Below are positions 12,801-24,517 of a DNA stretch of 64,000 bases, in pieces. Each line of letters starts with the position of its first letter. Position 1 is the first letter of the stretch. The notes under the pieces are model-generated. The model was given only the letters and a program-made list of their open reading frames with translations, did not search any database and had not been told where the DNA came from. Source of the stretch: Octopus sinensis (lineage: Eukaryota); the NCBI RefSeq assembly GCF_006345805.1, contig NC_043019.1:20521360-20585359 (forward strand). The letters run 5' to 3'. The position numbers and the translations under genes are program-made.

Positions 12801-15800
12801 AAACCGAGCAAAGATGCATTAAAAAAACGAAAAAATGATGGTAAATTTTTTTTTAAATCGTAGACTCATCGTAGATGCGCGCTAATACCCAGAAGGGCTT
12901 GATATGAATCACAACTATAAGATACCCGCTTTTGGATAAACTGCACCGCAAAATGTGGGAGTAGTTGGGAATCTAAATCGGAGGAGACAGACTCTCACAC
13001 AACTTCAGTTTTATATATAAAGATGAAGAATTTAGTAAAATAATCTTGTCAGAGGTCGGCTTACCAACCACATAGTTTCAAGTTCGATCCCACTGCATAT
13101 CACCTGTCAGAAGTATCTTCTACTGTAGCCCAAGGCCGTCCAGACCTTGTGAGTGGATTTGGTAGGTGGAAACTGAACTGAAAGAAGCTTGTCTGTGTGG
13201 GTGTGTATCTGTGTGCACATGAGTCTCTGTGTTGCGTTTTTGTTTGACCTCTACCACCGCTTGACAATCAATGTTGGTTTGGTTACATCCTTGTAACTTA
13301 GTGGTCCAGCAAAAGAAACCAATAGAGTAAGTACCAGGCTTTTAAAAAAAAATTCCAGGGTCGATTTGATTGAGTAATATTTGGGCAATATGTCTGTCTA
13401 CCTCAAGTGAAAAATAAAAAAAAATATGCAAAAATATAAAAATTCAAAATTTGAACAAGAATATCCTGCATTTCCTTTTAGATAAAAAGACATTATCAGT
13501 TTTTGCATTTTCCTAACTGGTAAGAAAGAAAAAGAAACAAAGAAACCATGAAAGAGAACTCTTAATCAAAAAGTTATGTGCAAATGTAATGAAATTCTTC
13601 TGTCACTTCATTCATTCCTCTAGGGTGTGACTATTTTAATTCACAAATATATTTATCCTCATGGGTTTTGAGGACTGCAAGTGCAGTGGAATCAGAATAT
13701 TTTTGGAAAATTTACAGCTCTCTGATGTAAAATGTTTTAGTGAATCACAATTAAAGGAAAGTACAAATGATATAGCTTAACGTTAGCACGGTCGGGCGAA
13801 ATGCTTAGCAGTATTTCGTCTGCCACTACGTTCTGAGTTCTAATTCCGCCGTGGTCGACTTTACCTTTCATCCTTTCGGGGTCGATTAAATAAGTACCAG
13901 TTGCACACTGGGGTCGATATAATCGACTTAATCCATTTGTCTGTCCTTGTTTATCCTCTCTGTGTTTAGCCCCTTGTGGGTAGTAAACAAATAGGTATTT
14001 CGTCTGTCGTTACGTTCTGAGTTCAAATTCCGCCGTGGTCGACTTTGCCTATCATCCTTTTGGGGGTCGATTAAATAAGTACCAGTTACGCACTGGGGTC
14101 GATGTAATCGACTTAATCCGTTTGTCTGTCCTTGTTTGTCCTCTCTGTGTTTAGCCCCTTGTGGGTAGTAAACAAATAGGTATTTCGTCTGTCGTTACGT
14201 TCTGAGTTCAAATTCCGCCGTGGTCAACTTTGCCTATCATCCTTTCGAGGTCGATTAAATAAGTACCAGTTACGCACTGGGTCGATATAATCGACTTAAT
14301 CCGTTTGTCTGTCCTTGTTTGTCCTCTCTGTGTTTAGCCCCTTGTGGGTAGTAAAGAAATAGGTATTTCGTCTGTCGTTACGTTCTGAGTTCAAATTCCG
14401 CCATGGTCGACTTTGCCTTTCATCCTTTCGGGGGTCGATTAAATAAGTACCAGTTACGCACTGGGGCCGATATAATCGACTTAATCCGTTTGTCTGTCCT
14501 TGTTTGTCCTCTCTGTGTTTAGCACCTTGTGGGTAGTAAAGAAATAGATATAGCTTAAATTGGTAAGGAAAGTTAAACTTTCACATCTAAATTTAACTAT
14601 CAATATGAAATTAAGGACTGAATTCTTTTAGTGATTAACTAGCACCAAAATTTCACCAACCTTTGAAAAGTGTTGCATGAACGTTAGCAGCTTATTTCAG
14701 AAAAAAAATTCTCATTTCAAGCAAATATTTCCTCATCTGCCTAATGTAGCCCATGCATATAAAGTATTTCAACAGAACTTGCCAAACATTTTACATCAAA
14801 AGGTTGTAATTTGAGGAACACTGGGAAGTACACATTCTCTGAAAATATTCTGACTCCACTGCACTTTCAGTCCTTAAACACACGAGGGTAAATATATTTG
14901 TGAATTTCTAATGTCACGCCTTGGAGGAACAAGCAAAATGACTGGAGAATTCCTTCATATGTACTGGCTTCCGTGCCGGTGGCATGTAGGAGGCACCATT
15001 CGAGTCGGATCATTACCAGCATCACCTTACTGGCACCTGTGCTGTTGGCATGTGGAAAAATTCGAGCGAGGTCGTTGCCAGTACCGCCTGACTGGCCCCC
15101 GTGCCAGTGGTAGATAAAAGCACCCACTACACTCTCGGAGTGGCTGGTGTTAGGAAGGGCATCCAGCTGTAGAAACTCTGCCAGATCAAGATTGAAGCCT
15201 GGTGCAGCCATCTGGTTCGCAAGCCCACAGTCAAACTGTCCAACCCATGCTAGCATGGAAAGCGGATGTTAAACAATGATGATGATGATGATGTACACTA
15301 AACTTTTTGGTGTTGTCTTTACTGATTTCTTCTTTTTCTTTTTCACCAGTTATAAAAGCAGCAAAAACTGATGATATCATTTTATCTGAAAAGGAATGCA
15401 GAATATCCCAGTTCAGATTTTGAATTTCTGTATTTCTACATATTTTTCCATTTTCCATTTTGAACCTGAGGAAAACATACATAGTGCCAAACCATTGTTC
15501 AGTTCAATAAACAGAGTCAATCTCTATTATAAATTGTATCATGCTCTTCTTATTGTGTATTTCTCTTCGTAAAGAGTTGTTGTGTCAATCTTCATAGATT
15601 ATAGCTGTTGTTGTTGTTATCTTCCACTTGTGATGATTTGTTAAATTTACTTGCAGTGAACTTCTTGACAAAGTCCAAGCAGAGCTGCACCATCTTGGTT
15701 ATATCAACAAATCTCAAGATGTTGTCACAGATACATTCCAGGGGGAATTGGTCAGTGAGGTGAGTTCTGTATTCCTTTACCTGTTATCACTACCTTTAAT

Positions 15801-18800
15801 GTCACTGAACCCTTAATAGTCCTGTGCCCCATAATTAATCACAATTTCCACCACCAGGCCCTGAAATACACGTGATTGCAGTCCAAAATGTGTTGTTGTA
15901 GTTGTGTCAGAAACTAAGTTCAACCCCATTTTAGAAAGAACTGCCTGTTGACACCATGTGAAGAGATGAATATAATGAATGACGAACAAGGGTTGAATGG
16001 TGACCAGTGATAAATATAAATTGGAGGAAATTTAGGGAGACTAGGAAATGACTGGAGCAGCCAACTGGCTTCCATGCCAGTGGCATGTAAAAGGGCACCA
16101 TTCGAGCGTGATCATTACTAAAGTTGCCTTACTGGCACGAGCGAGGTTCTTGCCAGTACTGCCTGACTGGCCCCCATGCCGGTGGCACGTAAAAAGCACC
16201 CACTACACTCTCGGAGTGGTTGGCGTTAGGAAGGGCATCCAGCTGTAGAAACTCTGCCAAATCAAGATTGGAGCCTGGTGCAGCCATCTGGTTCGCCAGC
16301 CCTCAGTCAAAATCGTCCAACCCATGCTAGCAGTGAGCAGGCTGGGCAAAATGCTTAGTGGCATTTCAAGGGTTGGGTGATGACCAATGATAAGTATGAA
16401 TTGTAGGGAAGTTGGGGGAGAATAGGTAATGACTGACCGTACGGAAAGAGCTGAAGAGCTGTGGAATAGTAATAATGTATGATGAGATAAAAGTGAGAAA
16501 AGGAAATGATGTGGTTGAGGAGGGAAGGTTGCAGGAGTGTCAGGGGAGAGACATTGTGCATGGGAAGGGTGAGAGATGTATGGTGGTGGAGAGGGGTAGG
16601 GTGAGAGATGTGTGGTGATGGAGAGGGGTTGAAAATTTGGTGGCACAGAAGGTGGAGGGGAAACGAGGTAATATTTGATTAAATATGTACATAATGTCTT
16701 ATAAAGCCCAATTGTTCTCAATTCCCAAGCATCTTTAAGAAAATAGATTTCTTTTTGCACTTTTGTTTTTGAGTTACGAAAACTTGTCAGTTTATATCCA
16801 CTCTCATGATGTTCATCCACAAGTTATACTTTTCTCTTCTGTTTTAGATAACATGTTTGTCCTGCGAACAGAAGTTTCAAACCTATGAACCATTTATGGA
16901 TTTATCTCTTGAGTTTCCATCTCGCTACCAGAGAAAGTCTCCGAATTGGAAGATTGCCAGTAATGTTTGTCATATAACAGGTATATATCATCATATATAT
17001 ATATATATATATATAAGGTGGCGAGCTGGCAGAATCGTTAGCACGCCGGGCAAAATGCGTAGCTGTATTTCGTTTGTCGTTACGTTCCGAGTTCAAATTC
17101 TGCCGAGGTCGACTTTGCCTTTCATCCTTTTGGGGTCGTTAAATTAAGTACCAGCTACGCACTGGGGTCAATGTAATCGACTTAATCCATTTGTCTGACC
17201 TTGTTTGTCCCCTCTGTGTTTAGCCCCTTGTGGGCAATAAAGAAATAGGTATATATCATCCTCATCCTCATGCCGGTGGCACGTAAAAGCACCCACGACA
17301 CTCTCGGAATGGTTGGCGTTAGGAAGGGCATCCAGCTGTAGAAACTCTGCCAGATCAGATTGGAGTCTGGTTCGCCAGACCTCAGTCAAATCATCCAACC
17401 CATGCTAGCATGGAAAGCGGACGTTAAAAGAAAGATGATGATGATGATGACTGCCAATCATCCTCACCTGGGAAACACAGTTGTAATTAGTATTAATCCT
17501 TATCTGCTTTGAGTGTAACCTTTAGATCTTCAAAAACCACTTCAACTCTAACAACCACATTGTTGTGGGATTAAGTCTTGTAAAATTACAATAATTTTCT
17601 ATAATTTTCCTTTGTTTTATCAACATCATCGTTTAACGTCCGCTTTAAATGATAATGATGATGAAACAAAAGAAAATTATAGAAAATTATTGTAATTTTA
17701 CAAGACTTAATCCCATAACAATGTGGTTTACAATTTAATATTTTGATAACTTTCTTCTTTGAGACATGGTTTATTGATTCATCTTTTTTGGATCCAATGA
17801 AATTTCAATAATGTAAAAATGTCTTTTACAATGCTATTTTTTACATATTTTTTTTTACCTTTTCAGAAATGCTTTCCCATTTCACAAAATCAGAACGTCT
17901 GGATGGCAGGATATATGCTTGTGATTCTTGTAATGGTGAGTTGTCTTTTAGTCTTCAGTTAACCCTTTAGTGTTCAGATTACTCTGTTAAATGTAATGCT
18001 TTGTTATTTAAATTGTTTTGAATTAATCATGCATTATCTTATAGATTTAAGGTTTCAATGATGTGAATATCTATTTTTAGAATGTCAATGTAGGTTAAGT
18101 GTGAGAGGCTAGATATGGCCAGTTTGAATATAAAACATGTAGAATATATTGGGCCGGATTTGGCCAGTTTAAACACTAAAGGGTTGATGGTAAGGAACAG
18201 TTATTCAGTTAACTTTGCAAACAGGTGCAAACACAAGTGTTCAGTTAAATAGTTTACTTTGTAACCACATGGTTTTGAGTTCAGTCCCTCTGTGCAGCTC
18301 CTTTGTGCAAGTGCCATCTACAATGTAAATACGGTACATGGAAACTGTGTGGAAACCTGTTGTATATGTGTGTTTATAGGTGCAGGCTTAGCTGTGTGGT
18401 AAGAAGCTTGCTTCCAAATCACATGGTTTTGAGTTCAGTCCCACTGTATGTTACTTTGGGCTAGTATCTTCAGTTATAACCTTGGGTTGACCAAAGCCTT
18501 ATGAGTGGATTTGGTAGACAAAAAGGGAAAGAAATCTGTTGTATAAATATATGTATGTATGTGTTGTTACTCTTTGCTTTGACATCATGGGATGTCTAGT
18601 CACAAGGAAACCATATGCCAAACAAGACCCTGAAGCCTGATGCAATCCTTGGACCAAGTGGATTCTGTCCAACAGTTATTTTTACTTGTACTTGTGGCGA
18701 CATTCACCCTGGGCGGGTTGAGTCGGCTTCTTCCTTGGAAGAAGTTTCTTGGGAATATGTGGATTTCACAAGCGATCCCCAACAATCCTGCATGTAGAGA

Positions 18801-21800
18801 CATCCTGTTTGCCACAGACGCAGGGACAGAACGACCGAGGAGCCACCGGTTGCCGAAACAGACACTCCGAGGATTTTTCACCAGAGCCCCGTCTGCTGGG
18901 TTGTGGCCCTAATACCACTCAGTGTCAGACCAATCCGCCTCGGGTGGCCCTACCAGGAACCGAAGTTCCCGACGGCATAGCTCAGACACTACCCGTTGCC
19001 AGCGTCCCCACCATGGTGAGGAGGGGATGGACTTTGGGGACGCAACAGTTGAGTCTATGCCAGTATGAAACATGGATATTAATTGATGATTATTAAACTC
19101 TAATTGGATTTGAAATGCTGTCCTTTACTTTACAGTGAGCAAGAAATATTTAATTCTGCCAACTATGGTGAATTGGCAGAGTCATTAGAGTACCACATGA
19201 AATGCATTATAATATTTCATTCTGGGTTCTTGCAATCTGAGTTCAACTCCTGCCAATGTCACATTTTTTTTATCCTTCAGAGGCTAATAAAATAAGAAAC
19301 CAGTCTAGGACTGTATATTGGTAGAATACGTTGTAGTATTTGTTCTGGACTTGTGTGCTCTGAGTTCAAATCCCACCATGGAATTACATGGGTGGTACAC
19401 TTAGTTTGTCACCCAGTTTAATACCGTAACCTGGTACTTTGGATACCTTTAGCAGAATCCACTCTTGCAGGAAAATACCTGCCAGATCTCTAGTTTGAGG
19501 ATATTTTCCGCCCTCTTTCTCTATCGGTCTTGGAGGTCCCTATTCATAAGTACTGCCTTCCCATCTTGATTAACACTTGATCCAACCCACCTAGGACCAC
19601 TTCTGGTTCTATGATACAAACTTCTTGCTTTAAAGCAATCTAAATTAAAGCCATATTCCATCTAAATATCATGTTAATTTATGATTCAAACACCAGCTGA
19701 ATAATAATAAAGTTTTGTTAAATTCTTCACTATTTTCAAAATTAATTGAAACAAAGATAGTTTTTTTTTTTTGGTTGGTGGCACGTAAAAACCACCAACC
19801 GATCATGGCCGTTGCCAGCCTCCCCTGGCACGTAAAAAGTATCCACTACACTCACAGAGTGGTTGGCGTTAGGAAGGGCATCCAGCTGTAGAAATACTGC
19901 CAGATCAGACTGGAGCCTGGTGCAGCCTCCTGGCTTCCCAGACCCCGGTCGAACCATCCAACCCATGCTAGTATGGAAAACGGACGTTAAACGATGATGA
20001 TGATGATGATGATGAAAGATAGTGTATTTCACAGAAATATGGTACTGAAAGAGTTAAATAATAAAAAAGATAAAATAAATGGACATAATTTGGAAATTTA
20101 AGACAATTGTAGAGAAAAAAAATGATCTAACATTGTGATTGATACCAAAATTATATTTGCAAATGTTGATATGTAAAAAAAATAAAATTTGTATCACTGA
20201 TTTTTATTTTTATTTTCTTTTTTTTAAATTCTTGAAGGTAAAAGACGATCAAATTCTTCTGCTAAAATCTACACCAAAATCAAAAAGCAATTTTTATTGA
20301 GCAAACTACCTCATGTCTTGCGTCTTCACCTGAAACGGTTTAGGTAAGAGAATTTCTGGTCCTTCTCTCCTGACCATCTGATTCTGGACTAAATGTTTCA
20401 TGTATTTGCAAACTTGGGGGAGATTCTTGAGACAACAAGCATTGCCAGCTGCTATTGTTCTTAGAACATCAACCCTAGAAAAACAGGAGTCAACAAGCTT
20501 TCCAAGGAATTTGTTTGGTTATCTCTTTATAATGACTTAGCAACAGACAAACATTTTAGAAGCTGTTGTTGTTGTTGTTGTTTACCTTTGCCCTCATGTC
20601 AGCCTTAATCAAACAGACTTTGAATCAAGATCAAAATAATTCCAGCCATGACCATCCCCATCTAATTTCCTAGATGATATTATCTAGAACAGCATTGGCC
20701 AATGTGTATAGTTAGCCTTTTTCTTTTTAACCCTTTAGTGTTCACATTATTCTGCCAAAATTAATGCTTTTTTATCCACCTTGTTTTGAACTAATCATGC
20801 ATTATCTTGTGGCTATGAGACTTTGATGGGGCAACCGTTAATTTTTAGAATGATATTGTAGGGTTGGTGTGAGAGGCCAGATCTGGCCAGTTTGAAAATT
20901 AAACAGGCAGAATACTTTTGGCCAGATATGGCCGGTTTAAATGCTAAAGGGTTAAAGATGAATAAGGTGGGATTTGAGGAAGATTTAGCTGCTATTTCTA
21001 ACAGGTTGACCAACTACATAGAGGCCTTTCCTTGGTAACTTGCTTAGAAGTTAGTTAATCCTAACTACCTCTTCTCTCTCTCTTTCTCTCTCATTTCCTT
21101 GCTGTTCTTTCAGTATTTGTCTCCCAGACCAACCATTCTCCATCTGCTCCTCTTCCCCTTCAGTGATAAACACAAGATTATTTCAACATGTATTTATTTT
21201 ATGATTTATACAATCCCCAAAATTATAAAAATCTATTGAAATGTAATTTGTTTTGTTTTTTTATATTATTATTATCATTATTATTATTGTTATTATCATT
21301 ATTATTATTATTATTATTGTTATTATTATTATTGTTATTATTATAATTGTTATTATTATTATTATTGTTATTATTATTATAATTGTTATTGTTATTATTA
21401 TTATTATTATAATTATTATTGTTATTATTATTATTATTATTGTTATTATTATTATTATTATTATCATCACCATTTTCTTTCCCTCCAGATGGTCGAAAGG
21501 TAACCACAGAGAGAAGATAGCCACACACGTCTCATTTGACAAGTTTTTGAACATTCAACAGTTTTGTGCCAAATCAATGAGCAGCATACAATCCCAGCGC
21601 CTTTACCAACTCTCAGCCATTATCATCCATCATGGTAAAGGTTTTGGGTCAGGCCATTACACAGCTTTCTGCTGGAGCAAAGAGGCTGGTATGTAGTACT
21701 TTGATGGCATGCATCATTTTCACTCAATGTCAGAGCATGAGACAAAATGCCCTTAAGTATATCTTCTGGGTTGTTGAATCCTGCTGATGTTAACTTTGTC

Positions 21801-23990
21801 TTTTTATCCTTCCAGGGTCCAGAAATAAGTTACAATAAGATACCAAAGTCTTATGAGCAGATTTAGTTGATGGAAACTGAAAGTAGTCCATCGTGTTTGT
21901 GTTAGAGAGTGTGTTATTTCTAGACATTTCTTTCCTAGACATAGCATCAGAGTTGTAAACTATCATGATCATTGTTCTACCGTGGTCGAGACAATGGAAT
22001 TTACTATGTTACGCCAGACTTCACGGTCCATCATAGCATTACAGAGGTCCTGTTGCTAGATGCCTGTATCCTTGGAGATTACATCAGGGTAGGAGAGTGC
22101 GCGCCCTCTGGTATCATGAGCAGATGGCTTCCGGAGGAGAAGAGTAGAAATTACCTCTTTTTCATCTCTACAACAATGTCCAGCAAACTGGACTCTTCTA
22201 CCTTTCACAAGAGATGATACAGGTGGTAATTTCCCATATATTTCTACTTTGGTTGGATGACACTTCCATGAGAGATTTTGAGCTCTCATAAGGAGGCGAG
22301 TGTAAGTTCCATCCAACCGCCTCTCAAGCTTCTTTGATAATGTCCAGGTTTCTGAGCCATATAGTAGAATTGGTTCGACTGTGGCTTTGAAGATTTTAAG
22401 TTTGAAATTCTACTTAGATTTGATGACCAGATCTTATGCATATCATTACAGGCTGACCAGGCCATACCTTTAACATCGCTCTTATCAGTGATTCTCTCTC
22501 CAATGCCCAGTCTCTTTTACAATCTCTTGAACAAGCCTCAAATTGTGTAGGTCTTTACCTCAATGAGTCCAAGACTGAATATGTAAACAAGTGCCTGTCC
22601 AACAGTGATCTCATCATCCATACTCTCAACAATACGCTCTTAAATATGTAAACTCTAGGTGCAGGCATGGCTGTGTGTTAAGAAGTTTGCTTCCCAACTA
22701 CATGGTTCTGGGTTCAGTCCCACTGCATGGCACCATAGGCGAGTGTCCTCTACTATAGCCTTAAGCTGACAAAAACCTTGTGAGTGAATTTGGTAGATGG
22801 AAACTGAAAGAAGCCTGTCATCTATGTGTGTGCGTTTGTCCCTTGTCACCATTTGACAACTGGTGTTGGTGTGTTTATGTCCCTGTAACTTAGTGGCTTG
22901 GCAAGAGAAGTGCCTGGAGGAGGTAGGGCTGCTTTTTCCATGCCACTGCCATCATTAATTTCAATGTCGGCTTTGTAAGGTGAATTCTACAATTAACCCC
23001 TTACCCAACAATTATTTTGAAAATAAATGTATTTTTTCAGACATATTTTTTAATTGTTTTATTTTACTATGTTTTGAATGGTAATTTCGAGGTATATTTC
23101 AAACCTTATTTATTATGAATTTTAATTCAATAATATTGATTTTAAATTATGGCATTGGGCAGAAACGAGTTAACCCATTTTTAGACGAAGGAACTCGTTT
23201 GCTGTCGATTTTGGCGAGTGTTAACTCGCCAGAGATAGAAAAAAACGATTTCGGTCAAAACGCATATATTCGTTTCTGCCGGGTAAGGGGTTAAAGATCT
23301 GATTTTCTCTATATTTTGTTGTATTTTATTTTTATCTTTCCAAATTGTTTGCCACCTTTAATAATTTTACTAATAAATTTGTGAAATGTTTTAATAAAGC
23401 TGATTGATTTAATCATTGTCATTTCAGACTCTTGGATACTTTGTAATGACACAAATGTGCAACAGGTTCCCATGAAGGAGGTGTTCAAATCCCAAGTGTA
23501 CATCTTAATCTTCTCCCTACTAAATCCTTCACAGGAGCCACCGAATGACACTACCACTTCCACCTCCACCACAACCATCCCTGATCTTGCAAAAACCTAT
23601 ATGAAAACAACAGACAGCAAAGGGTCAACAACAAGGGACTCTTTCACTCATATACTGACTACCTCGGAGGAGAACACTGACCCCTTCAACCCATCTCCTC
23701 CCCCTCCTCCTCCTCCATCTCCTCCACCTTCTTCTCTCAAGACTGCAGTAAAGTCCTCCCCAACCAAAACGGTGACCACTCAGCAACGCAAGATTCCATG
23801 TCTGTTATATTTTGAAAGCCCCTATTACACAAGAAGCAAAAGCCGGCGCAAGCGAAGGGTCTGTGTTTCTCAGGCACTGTGCAGTAGCGTCGTGAAACCC
23901 AGCAGTCGGAAGAGGAAACACAAATGCTGCAGCAGGTTAAAAAGCAGCGCTAACAGCGGCAGTAAAAAACGCAAACGCAATGCAACATAA
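6015..23990 (+). CDS. USP44: USP44/USP49-like ubiquitin carboxyl-terminal hydrolase, spliced and 5'-incomplete: join(6015-6084,6713-6825,9865-10030,10779-10909,12213-12362,15657-15759,16848-16980,17867-17935,20238-20343,21489-21688,23428-23990)
   Basis: Exons join in frame through GT-AG introns. Motifs: Cys box [34 protein letters not shown] zinc ribbon, [12 protein letters not shown], His box [21 protein letters not shown]. Segments [16 protein letters not shown] and [16 protein letters not shown] resemble USP44/49. USP44 versus USP49 cannot be resolved by eye. Confidence 0.9.
6357..6584. mobile_element. piggyBac-like MITE (TTAA-CCC...GGG-TTAA); related elements at about 7366-7802, 17959-18185, 20727-20954, 22994-23294, 28553-28780, 49126-49354 and 63220-63434
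   Basis: TTAA flanks, CCCTTT/AAAGGG termini, at least two internal sequence families. Confidence 0.8.
6713..6825 (+). CDS. USP44: USP exon with catalytic Cys box
   Basis: [38 protein letters not shown]; ttcag| ... |gtaag. Confidence 0.95.
7226..7276 (-). ncRNA. Minimal type I hammerhead ribozyme (Penelope-like type)
   Basis: UCCAGA-CUGAUGA-UGAGCAAGACCCA-GAAA-CUAG-UC-UCUGGA: 6-bp stem I, intact core, palindromic stem III, GUC site. Confidence 0.75.
8200..9030 (+). mobile_element. Penelope-like (Naiad-type) retroelement 3' relic with GIY-YIG endonuclease
   Basis: VICYNAPFS...DRYF...[11 protein letters not shown] linker, [12 protein letters not shown] at 8742-8750, [28 protein letters not shown]; stops and frameshifts. 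Confidence 0.8.
9049..9259. repeat. (ATT/ATC)n microsatellite; similar tracts at 9650-9846, 21264-21470 and 53653-53816
   Basis: Seen directly. Confidence 0.97.
9865..10030 (+). CDS. USP44: USP exon (HLDKFRHFF...NTESLQ)
   Basis: ttcag| ... cag|gtaagt; phases match neighbours. Confidence 0.88.
10779..10909 (+). CDS. USP44: USP exon ([15 protein letters not shown]...WEKSV)
   Basis: Pyrimidine tract plus ttag|, |gtaagt; GLNGGA motif; phases 0 and 2 fit. Confidence 0.85.
12213..12362 (+). CDS. USP44: USP exon ([16 protein letters not shown]...QQDAQEFL)
   Basis: QQDAQEFL motif; ttcag| ... |gtaatg. Confidence 0.95.
12720..13023 (-). mobile_element. Non-autonomous Helitron sharing its 3' end with 1573-1954
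   Basis: TC...hairpin-CTAG in an AT target; interrupts a MITE-derived sequence. Confidence 0.7.
13781..14547 (+). repeat. Tandem array (~4 x 180 bp) of a SINE with a MetaSINE-like central domain
   Basis: Repeating gtatttcgtctg...aaatag units; GATATAGCTTAA flanking duplication. Confidence 0.9.
14960..15292 (+). mobile_element. (GAT)n-tailed retroelement family C; other copies at about 988-1128, 16060-16332, 17268-17450, 19775-20013, 33982-34145, 50810-51143 and 54595-54775
   Basis: Shared ggcgttaggaagggcatccagctgtagaaac...catgctagcatggaaa...gttaaacgatgatg. Confidence 0.85.
15657..15759 (+). CDS. USP44: USP exon ([10 protein letters not shown]...FQGELVSE)
   Basis: ttgcag| ... |gtgagt; ELLDK and FxGxLxS motifs. 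Confidence 0.93.
16848..16980 (+). CDS. USP44: USP exon (ITCLSCEQK...[11 protein letters not shown]...CHIT)
   Basis: ttttag| ... |gtatat; CxxC and EPFxDLSL motifs. Confidence 0.95.
17867..17935 (+). CDS. USP44: USP exon ([22 protein letters not shown])
   Basis: tttcag| ... |gtgagt; second CxxC. Confidence 0.93.
18595..19045 (-). mobile_element. GC-rich 5' end of an RTE-like LINE with an HDV-like ribozyme fold
   Basis: gagctatgccgtcgggaac...gttcctggtagggccaccc resembles RTE 5' UTRs; P1/P3 pairing visible at 18991-19043. Confidence 0.6.
20238..20343 (+). CDS. USP44: USP exon (KRRS...[12 protein letters not shown])
   Basis: gaag| ... |gtaaga; [12 protein letters not shown] motif. Confidence 0.93.
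21489..21688 (+). CDS. USP44: USP exon with His box
   Basis: [14 protein letters not shown]...[24 protein letters not shown]; ccag| ... |gtatgt. Confidence 0.95.
21962..22654 (-). mobile_element. 5'-truncated, 5'-inverted LINE insertion
   Basis: - strand KGMAWSAC...ILLYGSETW...FAGHC (22470-21975); + strand NIALISDSL...[12 protein letters not shown] (22470-22652); TGTAAACT duplicated at both ends. Confidence 0.8.
23428..23990 (+). CDS. USP44: USP terminal coding exon (WILCND...QVYILIF, then Thr/Pro-rich linker and basic tail)
   Basis: ttcag| acceptor; CND motif; open to TAA at 23988-23990. Confidence 0.9.
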
Positions 23991-24517
23991 AATGCAGAAC
24001 AGAAGAAAACTTTCCGTTTTGATAAATTGAATTTTTGTGTTGGTGTGAGCGAGTGTGGTAGCGACATAAATTTGACTGACTTTCACTTGACTTTGCATAA
24101 AAAAACATTTCTTTCCTCCTCCTGTTCATGTATGTCAGCATTCCTCTTTCCTTTCAGAATACCATTTTTCATCTCAAAGACTGAAATAATTCATACAGAA
24201 AGCCATAAGAATTTTTTTTAGCTGTTTGCTGATATTCACATGTAGCTTTTTTTCCACTTTTTTATACTAAAATTGAAACAAACCAAAAATTGTCATAAAA
24301 AAAGAAAAAAATGAACAACAATGCCTGGTTTTTGCATTTATTTATTAATATTTTAACCCCCTCCTCCTTTTTTTTTTTTGAGAGCAGTGAGTTGGCACAA
24401 TCTTTAGCATGCTAGGCAAAATGCTTGGCACCATTTCATCTGTCTTAACATTCTGAGTTCAAATTTTACTGAAGTTGACCTTATCTTTTATCCTTTCAGA
24501 GCCAGTAAAATAAGTAC

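Noticed and set aside
13781-14547. CRISPR-like or retrozyme-like array
   Set aside because: Units are whole SINE bodies with no unique spacers, and no hammerhead core was seen on either strand
16203-16820. 205-aa Pro/Ser/His-rich ORF on the - strand
   Set aside because: Low-complexity purine-rich intron plus a family C repeat; no domain or splice support
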